From assembly GCF_964204865.1 (NCBI RefSeq), contig NC_135263.1, positions 6,448,001 to 6,512,000 of the forward strand: a DNA stretch of 64,000 bases, read 5' to 3'. Positions 12,201 through 27,200 of this stretch are shown here, one piece after another. A program made the position numbers and the translations under genes. The notes under the pieces are model-generated. The model was not told the DNA's origin, ran no database searches, and was given only the letters and a program-made list of their open reading frames with translations. The DNA comes from Styela clava. Lineage: Eukaryota. The number at the start of each line of letters is the position of its first letter. Positions within the stretch are counted from its first letter, which is position 1.

Positions 12201-15200
12201 GGAATGCCGATAAGACATAAGCCGATAACTTAATCATATGATGAACACATTCTCTCATCCAATTACCAGTCCATGTCGGGGATGGCAATAGGTAATGAGT
12301 TATTTGTTTCAGAAGCATAGACCTGATAGTGGAGGAAGTCGAGACTGTTGGTCTATGATGGTGAAGAATACAGCAATTCTCTCACATATGATTATCCCCA
12401 CAGGTTTTGAACCATCAAACCCACACAAGGTAAACAGAGGTGTGAAGGCAAGCTTATTCCTGCCTGTGCACAAATTATTAGAATTATTGTTATTCAAATA
12501 AAAGCTATTACATGCAATGCTAATGTTGTCGTCTATTATATTTATGTGCTTGTATTAAGATAAATAAGGATCAAATACTAACTTGACTCAACGCTTTCCA
12601 TAGCAGTCGGACGTTCCGTTAAAGTCAAAGACAAATTATTGTCAAATGGATTGACATCCTCACTCAGGCTACTTCCAGCTAACGATGAAATGTATGCAAC
12701 AGATTGATTCTCTGGGTTTTGAAGCTGTTAAGAAACATTTAAAAAATGTCAAGAAAGTTTTGCAATTTACTGCAGCAATTTCCAAAAGGGACCACTTTGT
12801 TTAATCATAGTACGTTTTGTGAGGTTATCAATAATTAGTCATTATCTCATACTTGCCCATACTTGAAATAAACTATTTTTTTTTTATGTTTCACTCCTGA
12901 TTTATGACATACTTTTTTACATTCTACATGATTCAAAAGTCTTGCTGCGCACTAAAACACATTCATATATATTTCAGCATCTTTCGCTCGAATAACTTGT
13001 GTAGTTATCTTCATTCTTCCTACAACTTCCTTGCATTATATGCATACAAATCCAACCGAGTGGAAAAGCATGAAAGCATAAGTGGTTGGATGCTCAAAAA
13101 CCCAATTCATATTACATTCCCATATGGGCATTCTGGTCTCAGAAATGACACACATTGGGAATGAGCTAAATTGTGTTACTGATTTCCTAATATGACATTG
13201 GTAGCTTCAATTTAAATAGACTGAAATGAGTAAAAATTTTAAGCCTCGCTGTTCCCGTATATATATACATTAGGAAATATTTATACCTTCGCGATATCTC
13301 TGTTTGATCTTCGAATACCAACAAATTTTTTTGTCTTTTCTACGGGTTCATCTGATTCAACAGGAAATACATAATTCTTGTGTTTGTCAATTAAATTATC
13401 AAACAAGAATTCTTTCTTTTTTGGGTTGTCAGAAAATAGAAAAGCATCAAACCTAAAATATGAATAAATTGAGTGTTAAAATGTTTTTCAGAAGATTATT
13501 AACAAAAAATATAAATTAAAAGGATAATATTCTTGTTAACCAGAGGCACATTTCACATCTTATTATCCAATCTAATATCAAGAGCAGGGAGTCAGAATTG
13601 AGGTCAAAGATTTAAAATGTTTTCTCAGGAGTCGGAGTAATATTTTTGTACCACCCGTAGTCAAAAGTCTAAATGTTATATGATCAATGGTGAGATGATA
13701 GAGAAAATCAAAACTTTTTACAAAAATTCAGGAAGCATCAGGATTACTGAGCGTTATTAACATACTATCACAGGAGGCTTGCATACATCAAAATTGTTTT
13801 CAAAATTTGATCTTCTCTGATTTCAAAACTGAAGTCGTGTTCAAAATTTTTCACAACCCAGAGACGAAAGTCAAAGAATTTTTTTTTAACCCTGGCAATG
13901 GAAGTAAATTTATCCACAGCACAGATAAACAATTGAGGTAGGCTACCAATATAGCAATAGTAGTAATAAAGAACATGCAGAATTCTAATTTACCATTTTA
14001 TGTCATTTTGTGTACAAATGACGGCAGCAACAACAGCATTATAAACGCAACAATGAAATTTTCTTCTTTCCTCTAAAAGCTCGGTTTCTCCAGTCATATC
14101 CTCGTTTTTATCCCTTTAAAAAAAATTTCGTTTATAATTATTAGTCATAAATTGTAACATAAATAAATTACAAAGATAAATTATGACATTATAACGCTGC
14201 CATAAAAGCATTTCAAAGAATTTGATACATTTCAATATACTGGATAATTTAGATAGATTTATTTTTATTTTATTTTTTATTATTTTTAGATAATTAATCA
14301 AGTAAAGCAGTGGTTCTCGAACTTTTTAAAGGGCGCTCCCTTTTTAAAATTTGTCTCGCGCCCCACCTAAATAATAATTAGCTAACAATAAGCTACAAAT
14401 AACAGTAGTAAGGCGAAAGTAGGTTTCATTCAAAAACACGTTGAAAATTCATGGATTAAACATAAATAATGAAACAAATGCAACGTTTTGCAATGTAAAT
14501 ATCCAAAATAAGGCGGGCAGGATCAAATCTAACAGATATTTTTACTTTTAATTAGCTTTACGCTGCCTCAAAAAATTGTCTACGTCTGCCTTGTGGGGTG
14601 CACCCCTCCGTTTGAGAATCACTGAAGTAGAGTAAATCACTAATCTACCGGTAAGTCTCATTGGCGGTTGGTTGAGTACTGAGTCACTTATTAGAATTAA
14701 TTTCAATAATTGCTTCTAGTTTTATTTCCAAAGTACATTCAATTCACCTGATTACTCTTCCCATGAATAATTTGAGTAACTTAGTCGACCCAGCACCCAC
14801 AGGTGAAGCAGCAAACGATTGAACGAGAGGTGAAGACTCGTTTTTAATAACGTCAGATTGAAGATTTGAAAACATAATTTCAATCAACTTATAACAACAT
14901 GACTTCATGGCAAGCTGATCTTTCCATTTTTCCTTGACATACTAGAAATCAAAGCAAAATTTAAATATTATTTTATTTGATTGAAGAGTCCAAAATTCCG
15001 GTTTTATTCCGAAAATAAGAGGGAAATTTTATTTTCCATTTTTTATAATTTTTTTCAAATAAAATTTTCTCAAAATTTCAGTTAATCGCCCATTTGTCAT
15101 AAGTATAACTTTGGGTACTCCTGAAGTATGCGCACCAAGATGTCGCATAACCTGAACCCTAACCTGGTACACAACCTGAGTTCAGGTTGTGCGCCATCTT

Positions 15201-18200
15201 GGTGCGCATACTTCAGAAGTCCTAGCTTTGAGTATAATGCGTTTATTCTTCCACTTTCGCTAGTTAGAATATTTTGCTCAGCAAACATAGTTAACTGATG
15301 GTATCCAATCAAAAGCAAAACGATGTATTTTTATTAAAAAGATAAAGGCACAAGCACAACAGTCTTTGGGAAGGAGACATGGATAATGAAAGTTTGAGAA
15401 TATCTGAATAAAACAGTAACATCAAGGGTACTAAGTATGTGAGCCAAGATGGCGGACACCGGAACGTAGTATGTGTACCAGGTTAGGATTAGGCTATTGG
15501 ATAATTTTATTCCAATTTTCCTTATTTTAGTTCTATTATGACTTCGGGGACTAGCCAAGTGACTCCCGTAGTATTTGTACCTGAAATTTTGGCCTAACCC
15601 TAACCTGGTACGCATACTACGTTCCGGTGTCCGCCATCTTAGTTAGCATACTTCGAGAGTACGGTACCAAATCGAGTAATAAACACAATCCTGAAGAATG
15701 TAGTAATACCCGCTGGATATCTTCCACAAGATATTGCATGATGTTCCCAATATGATCAGTGAAAAACTCATTGGTTGCATTGGAAGAGCATTGTGACATC
15801 ATAGAGACCAAAACACAATCAATTGTTCTACATCTGAATGCAACTGGATAAAAACTCTCTGCATCGGAAAAAATTTTGTATGGAACGTCCAGAATGGATT
15901 TTTGAGTTCTTTCATCAACACTGAACAAAAAAAATTTAAACTTCTTAAATATGGGCATATGGCATAGTGCCTAAGACATTTTAATTTTGTTGGTATCACA
16001 TGTTGAACACCTCATGTCTTACACCTCATTCAGGGCATAATGTATTAGGAGTTTTCAAAATGTAATATCATCTTACAACAATGGATTCTAGTACAGACAT
16101 TTGCGCAAAGTGGAGAGTCCCTTGAAAATAACCAACAATTAATTTAGTTAGCGCGTATACATACTTTGAAAAACATTTTCTAAGACTTGATTGAAACTCT
16201 TTCTCAAGTACATGTTGTTCTTCTTTACACATGACACCAATAAGAACTTCTAAGACCTGAACAAACACAAGAAAAATGTACGTTTGCGAAAGCGTGCTAA
16301 AAAATATCAGAAACAGAAAAACTGAGGTACATGACCACTAGAATGTGGTAAGATCGAGCACTGAGTTTGCTTAAAAAAGCAGCAGTGATGATGGAAGCTG
16401 TAATGGTTGAATGAATAAAAAATTAGGTACTTCCTTTGTATGTGTACCAGGTTAAGGTTAGGCCATAATTTTATTCCGATTTTCCTTATTTTAGTTTTAT
16501 TACGAGTTCGGGGACTGTTTGTGTTAGCCAAACGAATATATCCCCTACCCATAGGTTTCATTCAGTCCCTTTACACAACCTGATGTAGAGCAGACAAACA
16601 AAATTAGTTACCTCCATATTGCTACACCTACTTCTGGAACCCCAAAAAAGTGTTCTCAAAGTTTTGGGTGAAATATCAGACCCCACAGAATTTGAAAAAT
16701 GAATAAAAGTAATATCTTATTGGCGACTACATCCATCTTTAAGAACTAAAAATTTTAAATTGATTGGTCCATGAAATGCAGAAAAAAGCGCAACAACAAC
16801 AACATGGGTTTAGCAAAACGATTTCCATATGGATAGTTTGTGTCCAATAACATATATTCACTAACCACTGCACTGCCCGTCAGTTCCAAACATAGAAAAA
16901 ATTTCCTTAAAGCAGCAATGTAATTATCATATTCATATGTTCCTTTTGTAAATTCACTTGACCGTGATGGGAAATGTAGAGAACAGAAATCAGAAATAAC
17001 GCTTTTCAATTCGCTTTGACGTTTGCTATCTTCAGACTTCACAAAGAAGTTGAGGAGAGTCAAAACCTAAAAATAATATTTAGTGGATGCTATGCTATAC
17101 TGATTACTAAAATTAATGTTTCCAAGGCATGGATTTCCCTAACAATAACCAATCAGCAATAATTAAAATTTAATCAGCTCTAACGTAAGCATGTCCTTAT
17201 TTTTGTAGCCTTGAGCATTGTTTGTTAATTTTTACATACATTTCCAAAATTTAAGTACAAATCAGAGAACTCAGCCGTCATTTTTTCCTCAGATGTGTTT
17301 CAGTTTAATTGCGTAATCAAAAACAGAATGGAATAAGCTTTTTAAATTAGTTTTTGGTCCATTTTTACATCTTTAATGTATGTCTTGGGAGAAAAATAAA
17401 GTTGTAAACCATTGCACACATATTGCACTGTTTTTTCATTTTACATGAATTTAAATGGAAATAATATGATATTGATGGTATTTATTTCCAATATATTAAT
17501 TTACTATTCGTGTGATAAACAATAAAAAAGCAAATTATCACCACCGAAATACAGATAGTTAGTTTAAAATATCAAAAAATAGTGAAATCAAGTAATAATG
17601 CTATACCTTTGTTTTGAATGAAAGAGGCAACGTCATTGATTTTAAAAAGTGACAGAACATTTCATAAACAGCAACATAAGCAGAACTTTGAGGATCAATG
17701 CAAACCTGTGATAAAGGAAATCAAAATTTCAAATAAACTCAAAGTATCCTCGTTCTGAAGAATAAAAAAGAAATTTAAGTTTAGAGTTTCAGGATGACGG
17801 GTATATTGGTCCCCTGCACGAGTAGATAACGTGAGTGAGCAGGCCGATGAAAAGTACAAAAATACATACAACAAATTACAATGTTTAATATCCAGAATCC
17901 AGTTGAACAAAGGTTCAATATTTAGTCTCAACAAATTTAAATAAGTTTAACATACCGTAGAGTCCAATGTGACAATCTTAATGAAAATATCCAGTGCTGC
18001 ACTACATTCCGTTTCTGAGTTCGAAGATTTCCATAAACATGATAAACTTTCATCCCATTCTGCCAAAATATTTTTGCAAAGATCAGCAGAATATTTTTTG
18101 CGAAATGATCTGAAAATATGGTAAGATGAATGAAATATGATGCATTTATCTGTAACTTCCAAAATGAAAAGATGGCATTTTCATAATCATCCTCTGGAAA

Positions 18201-21200
18201 GGCGATAAAGCGAACATATTTATATGGCAAACCCGGCCTCTCATTCAGTTACATTTTTTCGAGTTCATTTGAGTCATTTTGTCTTCAAAATACAATGCCA
18301 AAGGAGTTTTGCTCACAAGATAAATATGTAAAAAAAAATGACGAATATAATGACTTTGCCGCAACTGAAGCAGAAAAATATAAAATGTAATAATTCAGTT
18401 ACATTTTTTAAGAAAACTTGCTAAAAATCAAGGTCATGTGCACTCACTCAGAAACAAAGAAGACGACCTATCTCTGAGCTAAGTTACAAATGACCACCAA
18501 AGAGCCTACAGATAATTAGACCCTTAAATAATTATTGGCTAAAGGCTTACATATGCTATATAAAAAAACAAATTCAAATATTATTGAAGCATATATAATC
18601 ATAACTTACCGGTTGGTAAAAAGATGTTCCAAAACTTCACTCAATATATTTGCGCATGTTACCTTAGATTTTCTGCAATGTTTACATAACATCGGTATGT
18701 ATGTGGGCGATTTGGAACAAATTTCTCTAATAATCTGAAACAAATCGAGATAAAAAAAATGTGATGGTATGAATTGGACTGTGATAGTTAGCCTTAAGTT
18801 ACAAATTTTTTTATTGTAAACTGTCATCCCTGGTTGTGCTCTCTTTTCGGGACATACATTTTCCTAATTTAGCATGTTAATAACGAAGTCAGAAGTTCAA
18901 GTCAAAATTTTGAATTCTGCCAGAATTTAGACTTGCAATAGTGATAAAAAAGTCAAAACTTTCTATAAAAATGCAAAAAAGAAGCGTTCTTAACATGAGG
19001 CTTGAATAACTCAAAGGTTTATTTGAGAGAAATTCGACTTTCTCAAGAGTTCAGAGTTGAAATAAAAAAAAATTTCAACCTGTAGTCAAGACCTATCACC
19101 TCTGATTTTATCCGTAGAAAGAAATGGATATGAAAAAATCCAAACTTACAGATGATTTATATGTGGAGAAGAAAACCTGGCCATGTTTTGATAAAAGCAA
19201 AACACCAGTATCAGAATAAAGAGACGTTTCATTCATCATGAATTGAACCAACATGTCTGCAGATACACCTAAAGCAGAAGATTCATAATGAAAATACACA
19301 AAAAACTTAGAGAGTGAAAATTGGTTCAAAATATTAATATATCTTATTATAAATTTGCTCATGAGAGAAAGCATCATTGTCCATGGGCAATTGCAGCAAC
19401 AGTGAAACTATGTATTTCAAACTAATGAATTTGTTATTACAACTCAAGAGAAGTTTTAAACTACGCCTGCGGCTCCAATATCCCAAAAAAATAAAAATTT
19501 TACCCAGGAAGCCAGGGTGTAATAAATTGGGTAAGCAATATATATCGTTCGATATCAGTGGATGCATCTACAGGGGTAGTTCAGAACAGAAGGTGTAATT
19601 GAGCGTCTTATAAAATATTTGCATACATACTACTATTAATTCAGAACTAAATTACGAATAAAAATTCAAATTAGTACCTATATTGAAAGAGAGATCAAGT
19701 AAACTGTTTCCAAGCTTTATTGTAGATTGCGAAATTGCTGACAACATCATTTTCGACTGTGAACCTTCTTCAAAATTTTTTTCTACCAATGAATTGAAGA
19801 CTAAATACACAATTTCTTTTGCCAACGATAAAGCACTTGATATCTGAAATAAAAATGTCAGCCATTCTGCAATTTGAAATACTGATTAACAATTGATTAA
19901 TTGTAAATCCTAATTAAGGTTCAAACAAGGGCAGTCAAGCATTTAACAATAACAATGCAAAAAAAAGAAACTGGCAGTTTTGTCAAAAATAATTCAAAAT
20001 AAAATATAACAATTTAATAATGGAAAACAGAATTACATATTTTAAATCAAATTAACGATTATGAATATGTAAACCAGTTTGTAAGTGTCGTGACTCATGA
20101 TAACAACCATTCCAGTCGTCCTGTCTTCAAAATGTGGTGCCAGAGAAGTTTTCAAATAAGTTCATTATGCAAACACATTTGACATAAATAATGACTTTGC
20201 TGTGATTGAAACAGTTGCAAGACATTAAACTTGACTAATACTACAATAGACTGGTAGATTTACTACCCTAGGGATTTCAACAACACAAAAGTTGTTTCTT
20301 ACCTTTGTTTTTGCTAAGACCTCTACTAGAACACTGCTCTTTTGTAAAACACAATAAGCATTGACCAGATTTATTTTAGAAAACTGTTTCGAACTCTCAG
20401 ATAACGGAGTAATTTGATCAATCAGGCTTCTGAAAATATAAAAATGACGGGTTAACAAACAAAAGCAAATGAATTATCTTGAATTCATCACTGTTAAGGA
20501 TTTAAACAAATCACAGCGAATTCACTATACATTTATGGGTGCTCCCGAAGTATTCATACCAAGATGGCGCACAACCTGAACATGGTATGTGTACCAAGTT
20601 GGGGTTGTTCAGGTTGTGTGTCATCTTGGGCCCCCTAGGACCCGTTTGAGAAATCCTGGAATAGACAATATGCAAAGTTGAAAGGGTGAGGTTCAATTCT
20701 GCGTAACCGAGAACTGATTATTTAAACATTAAATATCCCAATTTGTAAATCTATTTTCCATATTTACCCATCATTGCATATTTCTTTCTGTAACTGATTT
20801 ATAAATTCCTGTTTCATTTCTCCTGACAGTTTCTTATTCAAAGATGAAATAATATCAGAAGTTAGCACGGGCAATTGTTCTGCAATTTTGATGTCTGATT
20901 CAATGTTAAACCCAAGTATATGAGGATTAACAACACAGCTTGCTATAGTTCCAAACAATGTTTCACTTTTCCAAAAACTTCGAGGAAAAAACTGAAATTG
21001 GTAATCATAATTAGGATGTAATTCATTGTGTTTTTTATGCTATTTTTTGTTGTTTGCTTTCTAGACCAGTGGTTGTCAACCTTTTTTACCCCACTTCAAA
21101 AATAACTAGCTAACAATAAGCTACAAATAACAGATAGTAAGGCAAAAGTATGTTTTATTCAATAAACATGCTGAAAATATGTGGATGGAACGTAAATAAT

Positions 21201-24200
21201 GAAATAAATGAAAAGTTTCAAAATGTAAATAACCAAAATAACGCAAGATCGAAAATTAACAAATATTTTTTGTTTCAAGTAGCTTCACGCCCCCTCAAAA
21301 AATTGACTACCGCCCCCTTGTGGGGAGCGCCCAATAGTTTGATATCCACTGTTCTACACATTTTAAGGTTAAACGATGATAAACAGAACTTCACCAACAA
21401 AAAGCTTAGAAAAATTGTCAGAAAAATTGACACTGAATGAGTTAATTACTAAATGTTGAATATCAGTGGATACTTATACAGTGCCTTGTTCAGGGCGGTC
21501 ATTGGGAATGAGTATTGAATCAATAAAAAAATCAAAACAACCTTGAAACAATCTTCTGGATATTGCTGCAATAAGAGTTGAGTAAACTGCAGGATTCTGA
21601 CAAGTACTGTGCACTTTTTTTCATTGAATATTTCATGTTCTCGAGGTGTGAAAATATCTGAAATAAAAGAGCGAATACTTTCAGTTACACTCCTAAAAAA
21701 ACTTACACTCCTACACAAAATATGTTGCTCCAAATAACTTTGATGAGGTAATTTTTAAGAAAATCTGCTAGAAGCAAGATCACACATTTTCACTCACTCA
21801 AAAGAAAAGAAGATTAATCTCTGAAATTACGGGTGGCTGCTAAAGTGCCAAGAGCTATTAAAAACCTAAAAATTTTGGCACAAAATTATGTGAAAGTTAA
21901 CGACGATTGATGTGAGATATAAAGTAGTTGATGTTAATGTTACGAGAAAAGCCCACAGAGTTGACAGATGAAAACTTTCAAAGCACCTGGTTCTGTTGAA
22001 ACTTCTGATATTCCTCCTTTTGCAACATCGTGCAGAATATAGTTGATGCATTCAAACAACCTAGAACTATTGTCTGTAAAAAAAGAACAATGTTTAGGCA
22101 TTCTGCAACATAAAATAAATCTTTAAAAGGAAAAGTCATCTATTTTAACGCATGGTGTAATAGAAGCAACTGTTTCAGAAGCCATTGCATAAAATTTTCA
22201 AGGCACTGAATGTGAGTTTTTGAAACATCTTTTTTGTCTTGGTCGAGCCTTTGCTCAAATGTATAAACACAATGTATGCATTCCTTGAGCAACAACTCAC
22301 CAGAAAAGGTCGGCAGAAAATCTGTGTGCAGTCACAATTATTTTCAAAACTAACAAAATTTGAGAAAAAAGTCCAAGTCTAGATTAAGAATGTTCATATC
22401 CGAATAGTTGAGTGCTTCCAAACTCTATTCCAGAATCCAGAATTTTACTCAAAAATAGTACATTAAAAGAATCATAATTTTAAATTTCAGTCATTTTCAG
22501 TTAAAACTTGGCTGATCACCTTAGCGATAATGTCGTTCATAAAATAACGCTGCCAAACAATTTTTCATACTATCTTTTCTCTAATACCCCACGGTCTCAA
22601 ATTTGTGGGTTAAAATGATATGGGTGATGAATAATGGCATCTCACCACCAAAGGCTAAATTTGGAGTCAATAACTTTTGCTGAAAGATCCAAGTGTAACA
22701 ATCAAGACTTGCCAAAACAACATCAAACCAGTTTGAGGCGGTTTTAAGTGGATTGTTTCCTTTTTCACATTTCAATGTTTGTGGATGAAAATCACTTCTA
22801 AACTTGCTTTCAAAGCTGTAGAAAAAACATAGTTTCAAGCTGTAGAATTTTTATTTTTTATTATTATTAAATCAGAATTTGATACCAAAAACCAGATAAA
22901 CAACTATCATTATAAAGTGTATTATAAAGTGTATTAACATATTGTGTATATAACTGCAAGTCCTTTCTCCTTGTCAGAACCAAAATTTATTTGAATCTGA
23001 TATTTATCAATTGTGTTGGCCTTGGTTCATCTGGTTTGATATTCCTAAATTTACAAAGTGAACATGAGAAAATTGTTGGAATTTGCCGTTTTTCATGCAA
23101 TTTATAAATTGAAATAGATCAAATCAAATTTGGTGTTTTTCTGTCTGTTGACGAGAGAAAGGACGGTAGGCGAATTCCCGCTGGATTTGAAAAGTAAAAT
23201 GCCATTCGAATTGTCATATCAAATATTTTGCCCAGCCCTAATAAGGATGTTTACATGTCAGGTGATTGATTTGTCTGACAAAGTTAGGCTATGATCTAAC
23301 TAGAGCTCACAAATATACTTGCTATTTCATGAAAAGAACTTGTGCTATTCTTATTATTCCAAAAATAATAAGACGAAAATAAAGTTAAATTATGAAAGAA
23401 AAATTTGTAATAACTAACCAAGCAATTAGTGCGTCACTTCCTTTATTTTTCAGATATTTTGTCATCCATTGTCCAGCAGATAACGATCCAGGTACGAGAG
23501 GTACAAATGCATAAAATAACTGCATGCATTGATGACGACACTCTGGAAATGTTTCTATAAATTAGCTCAAACACGAATGAAAAATATTTTTGCTATTCTG
23601 CAAAACTTTTACTCCTCAAGCAATATCTACAACACATTTGTATGGATAAATAGTCCTCGTTAGGTTACCTGAAGAATTTAGCATAGTAGTTGAAGAAATC
23701 GTTGGGCGCGATGCCCTATTAGTTAAATCGTTGCAATAAGTTAACTGTAGGTTACAAATCTTGGGTTCGATTCTCATGCAAGCCACCACCATCAGGGTGT
23801 AATAAATTAGGTAGGCATTGCTAAACTGTTCCAAGAACAACTAAGACTAAAAAGAATTATAACATAACGTAATTACAAAAAGTAAAATACTCGTACCTGT
23901 TTCTGGACAGCCACACTGTTTTATCAGCCAATCTACAATGCTTGCGATTGTAAGTGATGTTGCGCTAGAAAAGCCACTAGGAATTCTTCTTATTTTGGAT
24001 TCTTTGTTGAAAAGATCTTTTTTCTCCACAACTATTCTTTTCAAGTGATTTAGAACCTGACAAATGGAATAAAAAAATATGAGAAGTGATTTTCCTAAAC
24101 AATTTATAAGGTCTTTGTTTTTATTCCTTTTTATTACTCGTACCCAACTAAGTAATCATCAATGAAACTTAACTCAGTGATCGACTCAAATACAGACCTA

Positions 24201-27200
24201 GGCTCGACTCGAACGATTTGTTATTTTAGAACTTAATTTTGAGAATAATTATATTATAATGAAAATTATATTAATAAACCATATTCATATTTTTGCTTCA
24301 TGAAACTTGACAAAAATCACGATTTCACTGTCAAGAGAATGAATTTAGAGAAAAATAGTAATGTTAAATATCTCAATCTTAAAATGGAAAATTTTAGTTT
24401 CGAAAAACATAAATTTTAATATTTCTCTTGATTCTCTAGATGTAAAATCTCTTAGATGAAAATAAATTACATCAGAACAAGCCTTTCTTGTTCCAATTGC
24501 TTCCTCATCTCTGTGCGACATAGCAAGACTATCGATGTATGTCACCATGATTTCAAATGTAAATTCATCAACTAAGGTTTCATGCTCCCTGGAAATAGAA
24601 AAACTAAACTGAACAAGAAATTAAAATTTCGATTTCTAGTGATATCGAGTTTTCAAGAGAGAAATGCTCAAACATATGGACACAAAGGTCAAATAACTAA
24701 GAGACTAGAATAATATCGCCCTCTCTCTGGCGCGCAGCGCTACTAGGAATATTATGAATTAATAATGATTTTTTTTGAGCGAAACAGTAGACAAACATGA
24801 CAGAGGTGATTACCATTGGAGAAATAAAAAAAAAAGTTTTCTACTGAATAAAAATAAAACAGCAAAATATGGGGTCTCATGAAAGGAAATTACTTTAAAA
24901 AGACTTCTTCCCTTTTTAGGCAAATACGAAATTGACAGGCCCATTAGTCTCAAAGAAAGAGATAATTTTATTGTTGCAAATAATACCTGAATACACGATA
25001 CAGGTGATTAAATGCTGTTGCAGATCCGAGTCTCTTGCTTGCTGATGGATGTCGTGCCAAGTCATATAATCTTTTAAATAAAGACTTGACGTTTTTCCTA
25101 GCTATGTTCATTGAAGAATTTTGCTTTATCGACCAAACGAGAAATTCATTGACGGCTCTTCCACAAAATTCTCGCAAAGCACCATCACTCTCGTCGATTA
25201 AACCATTCTGATAATGAAAATAACCAGTTGTTATGCTAGTATAGTTAAACGAACAATACACTCCATGGGGTTACGTAGAAGAAGTTCATAAGCTAGACCA
25301 GGGGTTCTTAACCAGGGGTGGATTTAACTTTCTTTGGGGGTAAAACTAAGTATTCTATAGAAGGGCAGGGACCACAAGTCTTTGAAGGGTTCGCAGCAAG
25401 TTCGAATCCTGTGAGAAATAATTATGTGTGTAATGAGTACTGGACTCCTCCCCATTGTAGGCTCGTTTGCTTAATCACTGTCAGTTGCCATGGCCATGCA
25501 TTTGAAACAAATACCTGACTAACTAATCCCATACCCAATATGGACAGGCAATCGGACAAGAGGTTGTTAGCTGTATTTCTGGCAACTAGCATTTTCCCAG
25601 ATGGTTGAGCATGACCTTTGATGTCATCAGTTTCAGGTGACTGATCATGACCAACCACCTGGGAAGGTGATTTGGCCATGTGCAGGGAGTAGTCGGGAGT
25701 ACAGCTCAGTTGGTGGTGTTTATGTCTGTATGTGTTACTTTGGTTATTGCTTTGGACATTTATTCGCTGTATAATTAAGACATTTATTAAATATACTTTG
25801 GAGTCGCTTTAACAGAGGTAACCGGCCAGGGTTCGACATATGATTGGGCCATCTTATTAACATTACTCTTCTAATCATAAATACAAAAAAAATTCCAAGT
25901 TGAAGAGTAAAAATCAAAAACTTACGATGATAGAATTAAGAAGAACAGCAGTATCAGGACTTTCATATTTCCTGTTATTAGTAAACCAATGAATCATCTG
26001 CATCGAGAGTGGCTCAAACAATTGTTTGCTAACCTGAATAAATTCCTATACAGTCAGGAACGGGTACACATTACGAAAAAAGAATGCATATCCAACAAAA
26101 TTCAATATTGATGTTATTTTCGAAACAGAAAGACTATGGTAAGTCAAATTTACTATTCTCACAGTATATACCTAACTGATGTAAATTTCAAAAATGGATA
26201 AATTGAAGGCTTTCCCTGTCTATAAGTAGCAGCTTAGCTAGACCATTCCGCGGGGTAAATATGTATGGAAAAAAACGCTAGGTTATTTCAGCATATATCA
26301 TGGTTTTAATATGAAATCAAATCAAAGAAATTTTTTATAATTAAAATTATTTACAAGGTAAATTTGTGGGTACAAAACCGCACTATTCAGGTATGGCTAC
26401 CCCAACACACAACTGCATTACATGACCCAGAGTTTGTATTCGACATTTTGTAGCCTCTAAATAAGGCTTTGTATGAGCAGCCATGGTAATGAGCTACCAT
26501 ATTTTGGAAGAACTGGCAATATTAAGATGGAATATGAGTATTAAAATCTCATTTCAAACCCTGTGTCCATCATCTCACACAGCGTACATTAGTGGCTGCC
26601 TGTGCAGAGCCTCCTTTGCAAATGCATATAAATATGTTGAATAGAAACAGTTTCTATAAAGGTAACAAAATGCTTTAAATTCGTGAAATATATATAGAAT
26701 ATAGATAGAAAAAACAGTAACCTGTTCGACATCACATGCCAGTTTGAGTATAATAGGAAAAATATGTTCATAAACTCCTGTGAGAGGATTTCGTTTCTGA
26801 ATTGTTTCATCTTGTTGTGAGTTTCTACCAATTGCATAAATAGTCATTGAATGTAGAACTTCACATGCAGCAACTTTCGTTCTACGAACTACAGACTGTG
26901 ATGCTAAATCGGCCACACGAGGAAGCAAAAGTTCTGTAAATTCAGGGTAAAAGAAGGAAAATAGCTCAGATTAAAAATCGTATAATCAAAAAGAAAAATC
27001 GGCGCTCCAGAAGTGTGTGTACCAATATGGAGGTAACTAATTTTGTTCGCTTACTTTACATCAAGTTGTGTAAAGGGACTGAAAATCTATGGGCAGGGGG
27101 CATATTCACCTGGCTAACACAGACAGTCCCCCAGCTCGTAATGGAACTGAAATTACAAAAATCGGAATCAAATTATGGCCTAACCCTAACCTGGTAGACA

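Noticed and set aside
21681-21715. Duplicated TAGGAGTGTAA giving two apparent in-frame splice acceptors in PRKDC
   Set aside because: The upstream exon ends in phase 1, which gives a stop at both; the real acceptor is tttcag|AT at 21657, so the duplication is intronic.
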